Shown here: in pieces, positions 1-10,970 of the stretch
Layout of the letters: the number at the start of each line of letters is the position of its first letter
Position numbering within the stretch: the first letter of the stretch is position 1
From: an uncultured Lachnospiraceae bacterium
Lineage (GTDB): Bacteria; Bacillota; Clostridia; Lachnospirales; Lachnospiraceae
Assembly (NCBI GenBank): GCA_949502235.1
Contig: CATBDC010000012.1
Location: 7,473 to 71,472 of the forward strand
Reading direction: 5' to 3'
DNA length: 64,000 bases
Translations under genes and position numbers: made by a program
The notes under the pieces: model-generated
Told to the model about the DNA's origin: nothing
What the model saw: the letters and a program-made list of their open reading frames with translations, nothing else
The model's database searches: none

Positions 1-440
1 GGGAGATTAAGATCCCGGCGGATTCATTGGCAGAGCTTGTGAGCGCCAATACACAGACAGATATCGGGACCCTTAAAGATATAAAGATCACAAAGACAGG
101 AGAAGGGGGAATCGCCCTGCAGATACAGGCCATAGGGGACAAGGGAACTGTAACTGTGGATACAGAAAATAAAATACGAAAGGCTTTAGGCGGCAGCGCG
201 GCGGAGGTCGTAAAGCAGAACGGCGAGGCAGAGCCTGCATCCGCTCTTCTGCCAAGCGCTTTCTTTAAAATTAAAAAGGAAGGGGATGCATTTGTAATTT
301 CGGGGGGAGGCTTAGGCCACGGAATCGGCATGAGCCAGAACGGCGCAAATGAGATGGCAAAGAAAGGGAAAAGCTATGAGGAAATACTGACCCTGTTTTT
401 TAAGGATGTAAAGCTTGAGGACGGGGAGGATAAGAAATAA
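1..440 (+). CDS. SpoIID/LytB-domain protein, C-terminal part (the gene starts upstream of the window)
   Basis: The reading frame is open to the window edge. The C-terminal GGGLGHGIGMSQNGANEMAKKGKSYEEIL motif is typical of the SpoIID amidase-enhancer family. Confidence 0.7.
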   Translation, partial: EIKIPADSLAELVSANTQTDIGTLKDIKITKTGEGGIALQIQAIGDKGTVTVDTENKIRKALGGSAAEVVKQNGEAEPASALLPSAFFKIKKEGDAFVISGGGLGHGIGMSQNGANEMAKKGKSYEEILTLFFKDVKLEDGEDKK

Positions 441-1445
441 ATGTTTACGTTTGTAGTTACCTGCTATAATCAGGCAGAGGTAGTCAGATACGCGCTGGAA
501 AGCATCAAATATCAGATTGAAAATTTTGGAAAGGGGCAGAGCTTCCAGCTTATTGTCACGGATGACGGTTCAGAGGATGAAAGCCGTCAGGTCATTGGAA
601 GGTGGATTTCGGAAAATCAGAAGCTTTTTGCAAGGACAGATAAGCTTTTCAGAAAAAAGAACGCAGGAATCTGCCGGAGCTATGTGAAGGCGCTAAGGCT
701 TGTAGAGGGCGAGAGGTTCCTTGTGTTAAACGGCGATGACCTACTTGCTCCCTATAGTGTGTTTGAGGTTACAGATCTACTAGAGGAATATGATATAGTC
801 TGTACTGCGTTTTTAAAATTTAAGGGAGACGGAGAAATTATCTGCTCCTATGGAACCTATCTGGAGGTAGTGCTGCAGCAGTTTATTAAAGGGAGGCTTC
901 TTAACAGAGCGGTCAGGCTGGGATGTCCCATTATGGGGACGGCTGTTTTCCGAAGGGAGCTTCTGACGGAGGAGGTATTCCGGTTTATCCTGCGTTTTAA
1001 GACTGTAAATGACAGGGCCTGCTTTCAGAAGATTGCAGGCAGCCGTAAAAATGAAAATATCCGGGTGTGCTATGTGAACCGCCCGTTTATCCTTTACCGG
1101 ATATCAGAGACATCCATTTCAAATTTTGAGAGCCCCACGAGAGCTCTGCACAATAAGGAGATTGCAGAGCTTGTAAGGATAGAAATCAGGAAAGAGAGGC
1201 CGGGATTCTTCCGAATGATGCTTTTCCTTCAGGAAAGGTCAGCGGCTGTAAGGTCAAACCCGAGTTACTATGTGAGACTTCTTAGGTTTTTTTCTCCGTA
1301 TTATTTTATTATGCTATGGCTGTACCTTAAAAATTATAAGGAAATTGCGGGGATGGAGCGCCGTCTTGTGGACAGATACCAGGAGGGCTGCAGGATGCAT
1401 TACAAAAGAATTATGAAAAATATTGATTTTTACAGCAATGTTTAG
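441..1445 (+). CDS. Family 2 glycosyltransferase
   Basis: The N-terminal FVVTCYNQAEVV...VTDDGSEDES and a later NGDD motif fit the GT-A fold (GT2) signature. The ATG overlaps the upstream stop (TAAATG). Confidence 0.65.
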   Translation: MFTFVVTCYNQAEVVRYALESIKYQIENFGKGQSFQLIVTDDGSEDESRQVIGRWISENQKLFARTDKLFRKKNAGICRSYVKALRLVEGERFLVLNGDDLLAPYSVFEVTDLLEEYDIVCTAFLKFKGDGEIICSYGTYLEVVLQQFIKGRLLNRAVRLGCPIMGTAVFRRELLTEEVFRFILRFKTVNDRACFQKIAGSRKNENIRVCYVNRPFILYRISETSISNFESPTRALHNKEIAELVRIEIRKERPGFFRMMLFLQERSAAVRSNPSYYVRLLRFFSPYYFIMLWLYLKNYKEIAGMERRLVDRYQEGCRMHYKRIMKNIDFYSNV

Positions 1446-1478
1446 TAGAATGTTCCTAGAGTACCAGGAGGAATAGAT

Positions 1479-2498
1479 ATGGCAGAATTTACGAGAGTGG
1501 CATTGGACGCCATGGGAGGAGACAATGCTCCCGGTGAGATAGTAAAAGGAGCGGTCGATGCTGTTTCAAGGGAAAAGAATGTGCAGGTCCTTCTTGTCGG
1601 AAAAGAAGATGCCATTTTGGCAGAGCTTGCGAAGTATGAGTATGACAAAGAGAGAATTCAGGTGGTGAATGCCACAGAGGTTATTGAGATGGCAGAGCCG
1701 CCGGTAAATGCCATAAGGAGGAAAAAGGATTCTTCTATTGTGGTGGGCATGAAGCTGGTAAAGGCAGGCAGGGCGGACGCGTTTGTATCTGCGGGAAGCA
1801 CCGGGGCTGTTCTTGTAGGGGGCCAGGTGATTGTTGGAAGGATAAAAGGGGTAGAAAGAGCGCCTCTTGCGCCCTTGATTCCCACAGCCAAAGGCTTTTC
1901 GCTCTTAATAGACTGCGGAGCCAATGTAGATGCAAGGCCTGCCCATCTGGTTCAATTTGCCAAGATGGGAAGCGTTTATATGGAGCATATTATGAATGTA
2001 AAGAATCCGAAGGTCGGTATCGTGAATATCGGCGCAGAGGAGGAGAAGGGAAATGCTCTTGTAAAGGAGACCTTTCCGCTTCTTAGGGAAACAAAGGAGA
2101 TCAATTTTACCGGCAGCGTGGAGGCCAGGGATATTCCTTATGGAAAAGCAGATGTGATTGTGTGTGAGGCATTTGCGGGGAATATTATCTTAAAGCTTTT
2201 TGAAGGAACCGGTGCGGTTCTTATCAGCAAGATTAAGGAAGGGCTTATGAGCTCCCTTCGGAGCAAGGCTGGAGCGCTTCTTATCAAGCCGGCCCTTAAG
2301 GAGACGGTGAAGTCCTTTGATTCCAGCGAGTACGGCGGGGCGCCCCTTTTAGGGCTAAACGGCCTGGTTGTGAAAACCCATGGAAGCTCGAAGGCAAAGG
2401 AGATATGTAATACGGTGCTGCAGTGTGTTACGTTTAAAAACCAGAATATAAGTGAAAGGATTAAAGATTGTATTCAAGCGGGGGAAGAAGGCCGCTGA
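1479..2498 (+). CDS. plsX: Phosphate acyltransferase PlsX
   Basis: 339 aa, with ALDAMGGDNAP near the N-terminus and a GLNGLVVKTHGSS motif. AGGAGG lies 8 nt upstream of the ATG. Sits in the conserved plsX-acpP-rnc-smc-ftsY order. Confidence 0.95.
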   Translation: MAEFTRVALDAMGGDNAPGEIVKGAVDAVSREKNVQVLLVGKEDAILAELAKYEYDKERIQVVNATEVIEMAEPPVNAIRRKKDSSIVVGMKLVKAGRADAFVSAGSTGAVLVGGQVIVGRIKGVERAPLAPLIPTAKGFSLLIDCGANVDARPAHLVQFAKMGSVYMEHIMNVKNPKVGIVNIGAEEEKGNALVKETFPLLRETKEINFTGSVEARDIPYGKADVIVCEAFAGNIILKLFEGTGAVLISKIKEGLMSSLRSKAGALLIKPALKETVKSFDSSEYGGAPLLGLNGLVVKTHGSSKAKEICNTVLQCVTFKNQNISERIKDCIQAGEEGR

Positions 2499-2534
2499 AT
2501 AATAGAAAACACATAATGTAAAAGGAGAAATAGT

Positions 2535-2768
2535 ATGGAATTTGAAAAATTACAGGAAATTATTTCAAAAGTACTAAATATTGATGAAAATGAGATCCAG
2601 ATGGATTCTAAGATTAAGGATGATCTGGGAGCGGATTCCCTGGACGTTTTCGAGATGGTTATGGGAATAGAAGAGGCATTTGACCTGGAAATTGACAATG
2701 ATGATGTAGAGAAGATCGTGACAGTGGGGGACATTGTAGAGCAGATAAGGATTGCAACTAATAACTAA
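2535..2768 (+). CDS. acpP: Acyl carrier protein
   Basis: 77 aa, acidic, with the LGADSLD phosphopantetheine-attachment motif. Confidence 0.95.
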   Translation: MEFEKLQEIISKVLNIDENEIQMDSKIKDDLGADSLDVFEMVMGIEEAFDLEIDNDDVEKIVTVGDIVEQIRIATNN

Positions 2769-2786
2769 GTATAACCTGGTCTGAAG

Positions 2787-2835
2787 CTGCCGCACGAAGG
2801 ACGGACGATGTTCCCCTGGTGCGGCAGTTTCTTTG
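2787..2835 (+). terminator. Hairpin plus T-rich tail between acpP and rnc (terminator or attenuator)
   Basis: CTGCCGCAC (2787-2795) pairs with GTGCGGCAG (2819-2827) and is followed by TTTCTTTG. Confidence 0.5.
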
Positions 2836-2849
2836 TGAGGCAGATAATT

Positions 2850-3545
2850 ATGAGGAGAGATTTAAAGGAGCTGGAACGCACAATAGGATATGAATTTAAG
2901 AGCTTTGGACTATTAAAGCAGGCGATGACACATAGTTCTTATGTCAATGAGAAGCATATATCCAAATTAAAATGTAATGAGCGTCTGGAGTTTTTAGGGG
3001 ACGCTGTGCTGGAGCTTATTTCCAGCGAATTTTTGTTTTATGAGCATCCTGGGATGCCGGAGGGCGAGCTTACGAAAACCAGGGCCAGTATGGTATGTGA
3101 GCCTTCTCTTGCGTTTCAGGCAAGAGACCTTAATTTGGGAGAGTATCTTCTGCTTGGAAAGGGCGAGGAGGCTACGGGGGGACGGGGAAGAGAGTCCATA
3201 ACCTCAGATGCCCTGGAGGCTCTTATCGGGGCAATTTATATTGACGGTGGTTTTGCTAGTGCAAAAGAGTTCATCAATAATTTTATTTTGAAGGATCTGG
3301 AAAATAAAAAACTCTTTTTTGATAGCAAGACTATCTTGCAGGAGCTGGTGCAGGCACATTTCAAGGAAGGAATCTCATACCGCCTGATTGGAGAAGAGGG
3401 GCCTGACCATGATAAGTATTTTTGTGTGTCAGTTTATATCGGAAAGAAGAAATACGGAACCGGAACCGGAAGGACAAAAAAAGCGGCTGAACAAAAAGCA
3501 GCCTATCAGAGTATTTTAGAGCTTCATAAGAAGAACATAAAGTAG
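2850..3545 (+). CDS. rnc: Ribonuclease III
   Basis: Has the NERLEFLGDAVLE catalytic signature and a C-terminal dsRBD (GRTKKAAEQKAA). I chose the internal ATG at 2850 because the 14 residues upstream in the ORF overlap the terminator hairpin. Confidence 0.92.
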   Translation: MRRDLKELERTIGYEFKSFGLLKQAMTHSSYVNEKHISKLKCNERLEFLGDAVLELISSEFLFYEHPGMPEGELTKTRASMVCEPSLAFQARDLNLGEYLLLGKGEEATGGRGRESITSDALEALIGAIYIDGGFASAKEFINNFILKDLENKKLFFDSKTILQELVQAHFKEGISYRLIGEEGPDHDKYFCVSVYIGKKKYGTGTGRTKKAAEQKAAYQSILELHKKNIK

Positions 3546-3552
3546 GTGTTAT

Positions 3553-6500
3553 ATGTATTTAAAAAGTATTGAGGTGCAGGGGTTTAAGTCATTTGCCCAT
3601 AAAATCAAGTTTGATTTTCACAACGGAATTACAGGGATTGTAGGTCCTAACGGGAGCGGAAAAAGTAATGTTGCTGATGCGGTGCGCTGGGTCTTAGGAG
3701 AGCAGAGGGTAAAGCAGCTTCGGGGCGGCAGTATGCAGGATGTTATTTTTTCAGGCACGGAAAACAGGAAGCCCTTAAGCTATGCGTCTGTGGCTATTAC
3801 CCTGGATAATTCGGATCATCAGCTTTCTATTGATTTCGAGGAGGTCACTATTGCCAGAAAGATATACCGGTCAGGTGAAAGTGAGTATCTGATTAACGGG
3901 AGTACCTGCCGGCTTAAGGATGTAAATGAATTGTTTTATGACACGGGAATCGGAAAGGAAGGCTACTCGATTATCGGCCAGGGGCAGATTGATAAAATCC
4001 TAAGCGGAAAGCCTGAGGAGAGGAGAGAGCTTTTTGATGAGGCTGCTGGAATAGTAAAGTTTAAAAGGCGGAAAAATATGTCTGTAAAAAAGCTTGAGGA
4101 GGAGCAGCAGAACCTGCTGCGCGTAAAGGACATTCTGTCAGAGCTTGAAAAGCAGGTAGAGCCTCTTTCCCGCCAGGCAGACAAGGCAAGGGAATATTTA
4201 AAGAAAAAGGAAGAATTAAAGCTTTATGATATTAACATGTTTCTTCTTGAGACAGAGCGTATCGCGCAGCAGATGAAGGGAATTGACGAAAAGCTTGAGC
4301 GCACGAGGGAAGAGCTTGAAGCCGCGGGCATAAGCTACGCGGATATGAAGAAGGAATATGAGACGGTGGAGGAGCAGGTGGACAGCATTGATGCTTCCAT
4401 TGAAAAGGCGAAAAGCCAGCTAAGTGAAACCACAATGCTTAAGCAGCAGCTTGAGAACCAGATTGCCCTTTTAAAGGAGCAGATCCACAGCGCCCATGTG
4501 AATGACGAGCATTACGACCAGAGGGCGAGAATCATTGAAGCAGAGGTAAGAAGCCGGGAGGATCAGCTTGCAAAGCTTTTAGAGGAGCAGAAGCAGATCC
4601 AGGACGAGCTGAAGATCCACAAGGGGAAGGAATCTGCGGCAAAGGAGGAGCTCATAAGGGTTCAGACCCGGATTGCCGAGTTTAGCGCAGATGTGGAGAA
4701 GTGTAAGAAGGATATGATGGAGCTTCTCGGAAACCGGGCGTCAACAAAAGCGAAGATTCAAAAATATGACACTATGCTTGAGCAGATTCAGGTTAGAAAA
4801 AGCCAGCTCGAACAGAGAATCAGGGAGGCCAGGGAGGAAGAGCAGGCCCAGAACAGCCTTACGGAGCAGTATTACAGGGAGTTAAAGGAGATTTCCGGGC
4901 AGATTATCGCCCTTACGGAAGAAAATGCGGGGTATGAGGCAAAGATTGAAAAGCTTCAGAAGATACTGGCAAAGCAGACGGAGCAGTTCCGTATCGGACA
5001 GACCACCTATCACAGAGAGCAGTCCAGGCTTGAGTCCCTGAAAAATATCACAGAGCGCTATGACGGCTATGGAAACAGTATCCGTAAGGTTATGGACAAC
5101 CGGAATGTGGAGAAGGGGCTTCTCGGCGTTGTGGCTGACATCGTAAAGGTGGACAAGAAGTATGAGATTGCGGTGGAGACGGCTCTCGGCGGAAATATCC
5201 AGAATATTGTAACGGCAGACGAGGATACGGCGAAACGGATGATCGCCTTTCTTAAGAAAAACAAGTTTGGCCGGGCAACCTTCCTTCCTCTCACCAGCAT
5301 CCGTTCTAGCGGGGAGTTTAACAGGCCGGAGGCTTTAAAGGAGGAGGGTGTGATAAGCACCGCAGACAGGCTTGTAAGAGTGGACGAAAGGTATGGCAGG
5401 CTTGCCTCATATCTGCTTGGGCGGACCCTGGTTGTTGATCATATTGACCACGGGATTTCTATTGCAAGGAAGTATAAGCAGTCTATCCGGATTGTAACTC
5501 TGGAGGGAGAGCTTATTAACCCGGGGGGATCCATGACAGGAGGCGCTTTTAAAAATTCCAGCAATCTCTTAAGCCGCAGGCGGGAGATAGAGGAGTTTGA
5601 GAAAACTGTCAAACAGCTTAAAAGTGAGATGGATGAGCTGGAGAAAAGGTCTGACGGGCTTAGAAAAGAACGGACAGGCTACTACGAGGAAACAGACAGG
5701 ATTAAAGAGGAGCTTCAGAAGGCTTATGTAGTACAGAATACGGCGAAAATGAATCTTGATCAGGCAGCCTCTAAGGTAAAGGCCGCAAAGAATATGGCGG
5801 AGGATATCCTGAAGGAGTCAGAAGACCTGGACCGCCAGATAACAGATATTATGGACAATCAGGAATCTATAAATGTTGAGCTTGATACCTCAGAAAAACT
5901 GGAGACAGAATTAAATGAGCAGACAGAAAGGGCACAGAAGGCCTTAGAGAATGAGCGCCAGGCGGAAAGCGGCCGGCAGAAGATATCGGAGGAAATCCAT
6001 CTTGTCTGTGCAAGCCTCGAACAGAAATATGAGTTTACGGCAGAAAATGTTATGCGTATCCGTGAAGAGGTTGAGAAGTTTAAGGAGGAGGCCGAAGAGC
6101 TTACGGAAAGTAAGGGCGGCACTTCAAAGGAGATCGAGGGAAAGGAAAGTCAGATTAAGGAGCTTCGGGAAACCATTGAAAATTCCGGAGAGCTGTTTGC
6201 GGAAATTCAGGAGGAGATAGAGAGATTCAAGAGAAACCGTGAGGAGCTGAATCAAAAGCACAAGGTGTTTCTTCAGAAAAGAGAGGACACCTCAAAACAC
6301 ATGTCGGAGCTTGATAAGGAGGTATTCCGCTTAGAAAGCCAGAAGGCAAATTATGAAGAGGCATCAGAAAAACAGATTAATTATATGTGGGAGGAATATG
6401 AGCTTACCTATAACAGGGCATTGGAGCTGCGCAATAAAAATCTTACGGATCTTTCTAAAATGAAAAAAAGGATCCAGGAGGTGAAGGGAGAAATTAAGGC

Positions 6501-7113
6501 TCTTGGGGATGTCAATGTTAATGCGATTGAGGATTTCAAAAATTTATCCGAGAGGTATGATTTTTTAAAGGGGCAGCATGACGACCTCATCGAGGCAGAG
6601 GCAACCCTTCTTAAGATTATCGAGGAGCTTGACGAGGCCATGCGCAGGCAGTTTGGCGAGCAGTTCGCACGGATATCAGAGGAATTTGACCAGGTATTTA
6701 AGGAGCTTTTCGGAGGCGGAAAGGGTACCTTAGAGCTTATGGAGGAAGAGGATATTCTGGAAGCCGGAATCCGGATCATCGCCCAGCCGCCGGGAAAGAA
6801 GCTGCAGAATATGATGCAGCTGTCCGGCGGGGAGAAGGCTCTTACGGCTATTGCCCTTTTGTTTGCCATCCAGAACTTAAAGCCATCGCCTTTCTGTCTT
6901 CTGGATGAGATCGAGGCAGCTCTTGATGACAATAATGTTGTACGGTTTGCCAAATATCTGCATAAGCTTACGGAAAATACGCAGTTTATCGTAATCACCC
7001 ACAGAAGAGGAACCATGACGGCGGCGGACAGGCTGTATGGAATCACCATGCAGGAGAAGGGGATATCAACCCTTGTGTCTGTAAGCCTTCTGGAGGATGA
7101 GTTAGACAAATAG
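3553..7113 (+). CDS. smc: Chromosome segregation protein SMC
   Basis: 1186 aa. N-terminal Walker [10 protein letters not shown], long coiled coils, a hinge, and C-terminal [16 protein letters not shown] plus [10 protein letters not shown]. Confidence 0.97.
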   Translation: MYLKSIEVQGFKSFAHKIKFDFHNGITGIVGPNGSGKSNVADAVRWVLGEQRVKQLRGGSMQDVIFSGTENRKPLSYASVAITLDNSDHQLSIDFEEVTIARKIYRSGESEYLINGSTCRLKDVNELFYDTGIGKEGYSIIGQGQIDKILSGKPEERRELFDEAAGIVKFKRRKNMSVKKLEEEQQNLLRVKDILSELEKQVEPLSRQADKAREYLKKKEELKLYDINMFLLETERIAQQMKGIDEKLERTREELEAAGISYADMKKEYETVEEQVDSIDASIEKAKSQLSETTMLKQQLENQIALLKEQIHSAHVNDEHYDQRARIIEAEVRSREDQLAKLLEEQKQIQDELKIHKGKESAAKEELIRVQTRIAEFSADVEKCKKDMMELLGNRASTKAKIQKYDTMLEQIQVRKSQLEQRIREAREEEQAQNSLTEQYYRELKEISGQIIALTEENAGYEAKIEKLQKILAKQTEQFRIGQTTYHREQSRLESLKNITERYDGYGNSIRKVMDNRNVEKGLLGVVADIVKVDKKYEIAVETALGGNIQNIVTADEDTAKRMIAFLKKNKFGRATFLPLTSIRSSGEFNRPEALKEEGVISTADRLVRVDERYGRLASYLLGRTLVVDHIDHGISIARKYKQSIRIVTLEGELINPGGSMTGGAFKNSSNLLSRRREIEEFEKTVKQLKSEMDELEKRSDGLRKERTGYYEETDRIKEELQKAYVVQNTAKMNLDQAASKVKAAKNMAEDILKESEDLDRQITDIMDNQESINVELDTSEKLETELNEQTERAQKALENERQAESGRQKISEEIHLVCASLEQKYEFTAENVMRIREEVEKFKEEAEELTESKGGTSKEIEGKESQIKELRETIENSGELFAEIQEEIERFKRNREELNQKHKVFLQKREDTSKHMSELDKEVFRLESQKANYEEASEKQINYMWEEYELTYNRALELRNKNLTDLSKMKKRIQEVKGEIKALGDVNVNAIEDFKNLSERYDFLKGQHDDLIEAEATLLKIIEELDEAMRRQFGEQFARISEEFDQVFKELFGGGKGTLELMEEEDILEAGIRIIAQPPGKKLQNMMQLSGGEKALTAIALLFAIQNLKPSPFCLLDEIEAALDDNNVVRFAKYLHKLTENTQFIVITHRRGTMTAADRLYGITMQEKGISTLVSVSLLEDELDK

Positions 7114-7134
7114 CTTTAAAAGAAGGAGTGGATT

Positions 7135-8064
7135 ATGGAAGAAGAAAAAAAAGGTTTTTGGGGAAGGCTTGTAGCAGGCTTAAGTAAGACAAGAGATAAT
7201 ATTGTGTCCGGGATGGACAGCATTTTTAATGGTTTTTCCCATATTGACGAGGATTTTTATGAGGAGCTGGAGGAGGTCCTTATCATGGGGGATCTGGGAG
7301 TGAAGGCTTCCTATGACATTCTGGACGACTTAAGGGCAAAGGTAAAGGAGCGGCATATTAAGGAGCCTGCAGACTGCCGCCAGATTCTGATTGACAGTAT
7401 CAAGGAGCAGATGAATGTGGGAGAGACGGCCTATGAGTTTGAGGAGAAAACTTCGGTTGTCATGGTGATTGGTGTCAACGGCGTGGGAAAGACCACCACC
7501 ATCGGAAAGCTTGCGGGAAAGCTTAGGAATGAGAAGAAGAAGGTAGTGATTGCCGCTGCTGATACATTCCGGGCAGCTGCGGGAGAGCAGCTTAAGGAAT
7601 GGGCAGACAGGGCGCAGGCAGAGTTTATCGGCGGACAGGAAGGCTCGGACCCGGCGGCTGTGGTGTATGACGCGGTGGCCGCGGCCAGGGCCAGGCATGC
7701 AGATGTGCTTTTATGCGACACGGCAGGAAGGCTTCACAATAAAAAGAACCTTATGGAGGAGCTTAAGAAGATGAACCGCATCATTGACAGGGAATATCCG
7801 GAGGCGTTCCGGGAGACACTGGTGGTACTGGATGCATCCACTGGACAGAACGCGCTGCAGCAGGCTAAGGAATTTAATGAGGCGGCGGATATTACGGGCA
7901 TTATCCTTACGAAAATGGATGGGACGGCCAAGGGCGGCATTGCCGTGGCGGTTCAGGCAGAGCTTGGAATCCCGGTGAAATATATCGGGGTAGGCGAGAC
8001 TATTGATGATTTGCAGAAATTTGACGCGGATACATTTGTAAATGCGTTATTTGTATCAGAGTAA
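7135..8064 (+). CDS. ftsY: Signal recognition particle receptor FtsY
   Basis: SRP-GTPase motifs GVNGVGKTTTIGKLA, DTAGR and TKMDG. Confidence 0.95.
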   Translation: MEEEKKGFWGRLVAGLSKTRDNIVSGMDSIFNGFSHIDEDFYEELEEVLIMGDLGVKASYDILDDLRAKVKERHIKEPADCRQILIDSIKEQMNVGETAYEFEEKTSVVMVIGVNGVGKTTTIGKLAGKLRNEKKKVVIAAADTFRAAAGEQLKEWADRAQAEFIGGQEGSDPAAVVYDAVAAARARHADVLLCDTAGRLHNKKNLMEELKKMNRIIDREYPEAFRETLVVLDASTGQNALQQAKEFNEAADITGIILTKMDGTAKGGIAVAVQAELGIPVKYIGVGETIDDLQKFDADTFVNALFVSE

Positions 8065-8078
8065 CAGGAGGAGCAGAT

Positions 8079-9293
8079 ATGCTGACGTTAGAAAAATTTG
8101 AACAGGCAAGCGAGCTTGTAAAGAATGTGACATTACCGACAAAATTAGTTTACAGTGAATATTTCAGCAGCCAGACCGGCGGGAAGGTGTTCTTAAAGCC
8201 GGAAAATATGCAGTATACAGGGGCCTATAAGGTAAGAGGCGCCTATTACAAGATCAGTACGTTAAGTGAAGAGGAGCGTGAAAAAGGGCTGGTTGCGGCA
8301 TCTGCCGGAAATCATGCCCAGGGCGTGGCGTATGCGGCCCAGAAATTCGGCTGTAAGGCTACGATTGTTATGCCCACAGTTACCCCCCTTATTAAAGTGA
8401 ACCGCACGAAAAACTATGGCGCGGAGGTGATTCTGTACGGGGATGTCTATGATGATTCCTGCGCCTATGCCATGAAGCTTGCCGAAGAAAGAGGCAGCAC
8501 ATTTATTCATCCCTTTGATGACCCGGATATTGTCACTGGTCAGGGAACTATCGCAATGGAGATTGTGCAGGAGCTCCCGACAGTGGATTATATTCTTGTT
8601 CCCGTAGGCGGCGGCGGACTGATTACAGGGGTGGGGGCCTTCGCCAAGATGCTGAACCCCAAGATCCAGATTATCGGTGTGGAGCCTGCGTCTGCGGCCA
8701 GTATGACGGCAGCCCTAGCCTCCGGGGAGCCGGTATCCCTTGAAAGTGCGGATACCATTGCGGACGGCACGGCTGTAAAGCGGGTAGGAGAAACTATTTT
8801 CCCATATGCAAAAGAAAATATTGACCAGATGTTTACTGTGGAGGATGATGAGTTAATCGGCGCCTTCCTTGATATGGTGGAAAACCACAAGATGGTTGTG
8901 GAAAACTCAGGCCTCCTTACAGTAGCTGCCCTTAAGCGGCTGGAGCTTAAAGGGAAAAAGGCAGTGGCAATTTTAAGCGGGGGAAATATGGATGTTATTA
9001 CCATGTCCTATGTGGTGCAGCACGGCCTGATCCAGAGGGGGCGTATCTTCTCTGTTTCCGTGCTTCTTCCGGATAAGCCGGGCGAGCTTGTGCATGTGGC
9101 GCAGATCATCGCGGAGGCACAGGGAAATGTTATTAAGCTTGAGCATAACCAGTTCGTGAGCACCAACCGCAATGCGGCCGTGGAGCTCCGTATCACTATA
9201 GAGGTGTTCGGAACAGAGCATAAGGAGAAGATCCTTCATATGCTTGAAAAGGATGGCTTCAGGCCAAGAGAGATAGGGGCAAAGCTGTACTAG
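8079..9293 (+). CDS. ilvA: Threonine ammonia-lyase (threonine dehydratase)
   Basis: PLP fold-type II motifs (YKVRGAYYK lysine, GGGGLITG loop) plus a C-terminal ACT-like domain. 404 aa. Confidence 0.85.
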   Translation: MLTLEKFEQASELVKNVTLPTKLVYSEYFSSQTGGKVFLKPENMQYTGAYKVRGAYYKISTLSEEEREKGLVAASAGNHAQGVAYAAQKFGCKATIVMPTVTPLIKVNRTKNYGAEVILYGDVYDDSCAYAMKLAEERGSTFIHPFDDPDIVTGQGTIAMEIVQELPTVDYILVPVGGGGLITGVGAFAKMLNPKIQIIGVEPASAASMTAALASGEPVSLESADTIADGTAVKRVGETIFPYAKENIDQMFTVEDDELIGAFLDMVENHKMVVENSGLLTVAALKRLELKGKKAVAILSGGNMDVITMSYVVQHGLIQRGRIFSVSVLLPDKPGELVHVAQIIAEAQGNVIKLEHNQFVSTNRNAAVELRITIEVFGTEHKEKILHMLEKDGFRPREIGAKLY

Positions 9294-9326
9294 TTCCCGC
9301 TATTACTATTATAGAGGTTATAAACT

Positions 9327-10718
9327 ATGGCACATACTCTGGATACAAAAAAATTACAATTATTTGAACAGACAGCAGTCCCCAAAGCTGTCATGACGCT
9401 TGCTGTGCCCACAATTTTAAGCTCTCTTGTCATGGTTATCTATAATCTGGCAGATACTTACTTTGTGGGTATGCTGAATGACTCTGTCGAAAATTCCGCG
9501 GTGACGCTGGCAGCGCCGGTGCTTCTGGCATTTAATGCTGTCAATAACCTGTTCGGGGTCGGCTCATCTAGTATGATGAGCCGGGGACTGGGAAAAAAGG
9601 ATTACGACACTGTATGCCGCAGTTCAGCGTTTGGCTTTTATTTTTCCCTGATATGCGGCGTCCTGTTTTCGGTTCTGTTTACTATTTTTCGTACGCCTTT
9701 GCTGGCTGTACTCGGCGCTGACACAACAACTGGCGGCGCTACCGGCGAATATCTGAAATGGACAGTCACCTTCGGCGCAGTCCCCGCTATTCTGAATGTA
9801 GTTATGGCGCATATGGTCCGTGCGGAGGGAGCGGCGCTCCATGCCAGTATCGGTACGATGAGCGGCTGTCTTTTGAACATTATTCTTGACCCTGTTTTTA
9901 TTCTTCCCCGGGGACTTGGCATGGGAGCAGCCGGAGCCGGATTTGCTACTTTTCTGTCCAACTGTGCTGCCTGTATCTATTTTTTGATTTTACTTTTTGT
10001 GAAGCGGGGGAAGACATATGTATGTATCCGCCCCGCTATGTTTGGATTCCATAAGGCAGTCGTGTGCGGCATCCTTGCTGTCGGTGTTCCCGCTTCGGTT
10101 CAGAATATTTTAAATGTAACCGGCATGACTGTGCTTAATAACTTTACATCCTCATACGGAGCTGATGCGATTGCTGCTATGGGAATCGCCCAGAAAATTA
10201 ATATGGTTCCTCTTTACATAGCAATGGGCCTCGGTCAGGGAATTATGCCTCTCATAAGCTACAATTATGCCAGCGGAAATATTTCCCGCATGAAAAAGGT
10301 GCTTACTTTTTCACTCAGAACCGCTGTCTTTTTTATGGCTGCAGTATCCGTCTGCTATTACTTTGGGGCAGGCGCGCTCACAACTGCATTTATGAAAAAT
10401 CCTATGATTGTACTGTATGGGACAAGGTTCCTGCGGGGGCTTTGTCTGGGAATTCCTTTTTTGTGCATGGATTTTCTTGCTGTCGGAGTATTTCAGGCGT
10501 GCGGCCTTGGAAAAAATGCGTTTATTTTTGCCGTTCTTAGAAAAATTATTTTGGAAATTCCGGCGCTCTATATATTAAATATGATTTTCCCCCTGTATGG
10601 CCTTGCTTACGCGCAGCTTACAGCGGAGCTTATACTATCCATCGCCGCCGGGATTGTCCTTATCCGGCTTTTTAAAAAGCTGGAAAGTAAAAATCACGCA
10701 ATAGCCCCAAAAGAATAG
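9327..10718 (+). CDS. MATE family efflux transporter
   Basis: 463 aa, about 12 predicted TM helices, with a typical MATE N-terminus (VPKAVMTLAVPTILSSLV...LADTYFVG). Confidence 0.85.
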   Translation: MAHTLDTKKLQLFEQTAVPKAVMTLAVPTILSSLVMVIYNLADTYFVGMLNDSVENSAVTLAAPVLLAFNAVNNLFGVGSSSMMSRGLGKKDYDTVCRSSAFGFYFSLICGVLFSVLFTIFRTPLLAVLGADTTTGGATGEYLKWTVTFGAVPAILNVVMAHMVRAEGAALHASIGTMSGCLLNIILDPVFILPRGLGMGAAGAGFATFLSNCAACIYFLILLFVKRGKTYVCIRPAMFGFHKAVVCGILAVGVPASVQNILNVTGMTVLNNFTSSYGADAIAAMGIAQKINMVPLYIAMGLGQGIMPLISYNYASGNISRMKKVLTFSLRTAVFFMAAVSVCYYFGAGALTTAFMKNPMIVLYGTRFLRGLCLGIPFLCMDFLAVGVFQACGLGKNAFIFAVLRKIILEIPALYILNMIFPLYGLAYAQLTAELILSIAAGIVLIRLFKKLESKNHAIAPKE

Positions 10719-10737
10719 TTTTCTGGGGCTATTTGTT
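10703..10737 (+). terminator. Probable intrinsic terminator of the MATE gene
   Basis: AGCCCCA pairs with TGGGGCT across the stop codon and is followed by ATTTGTT. The T-tract is weak. Confidence 0.4.
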
Positions 10738-10970
10738 CAGGGTAAGATTAATCATCAAACATGGTAAGAATAACCTTAATTGATGATTTTCCGGCGACAA
10801 CGGCTTTTGCCTGTTCGACAAAAAGGCACACAGATTTTGTCTCTCCTGAGCATGAGGTGATTACGCCACAGCTTTTCTTTTTGGTTGTCAGAACAAGAAA
10901 TTAACGATATAATAAGGGTAACATATCTTATTTTTTTGAATTGGGAAAGTTATGAAAGGATAAATAGAGC

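Noticed and set aside
6408-7109. 233-aa ORF antisense to the 3' end of smc
   Set aside because: It lies entirely inside a confidently identified gene. The product is Ser/Arg/Leu-rich and low-complexity with no motifs. Long antisense frames are expected from the purine-rich codon bias of the sense strand.
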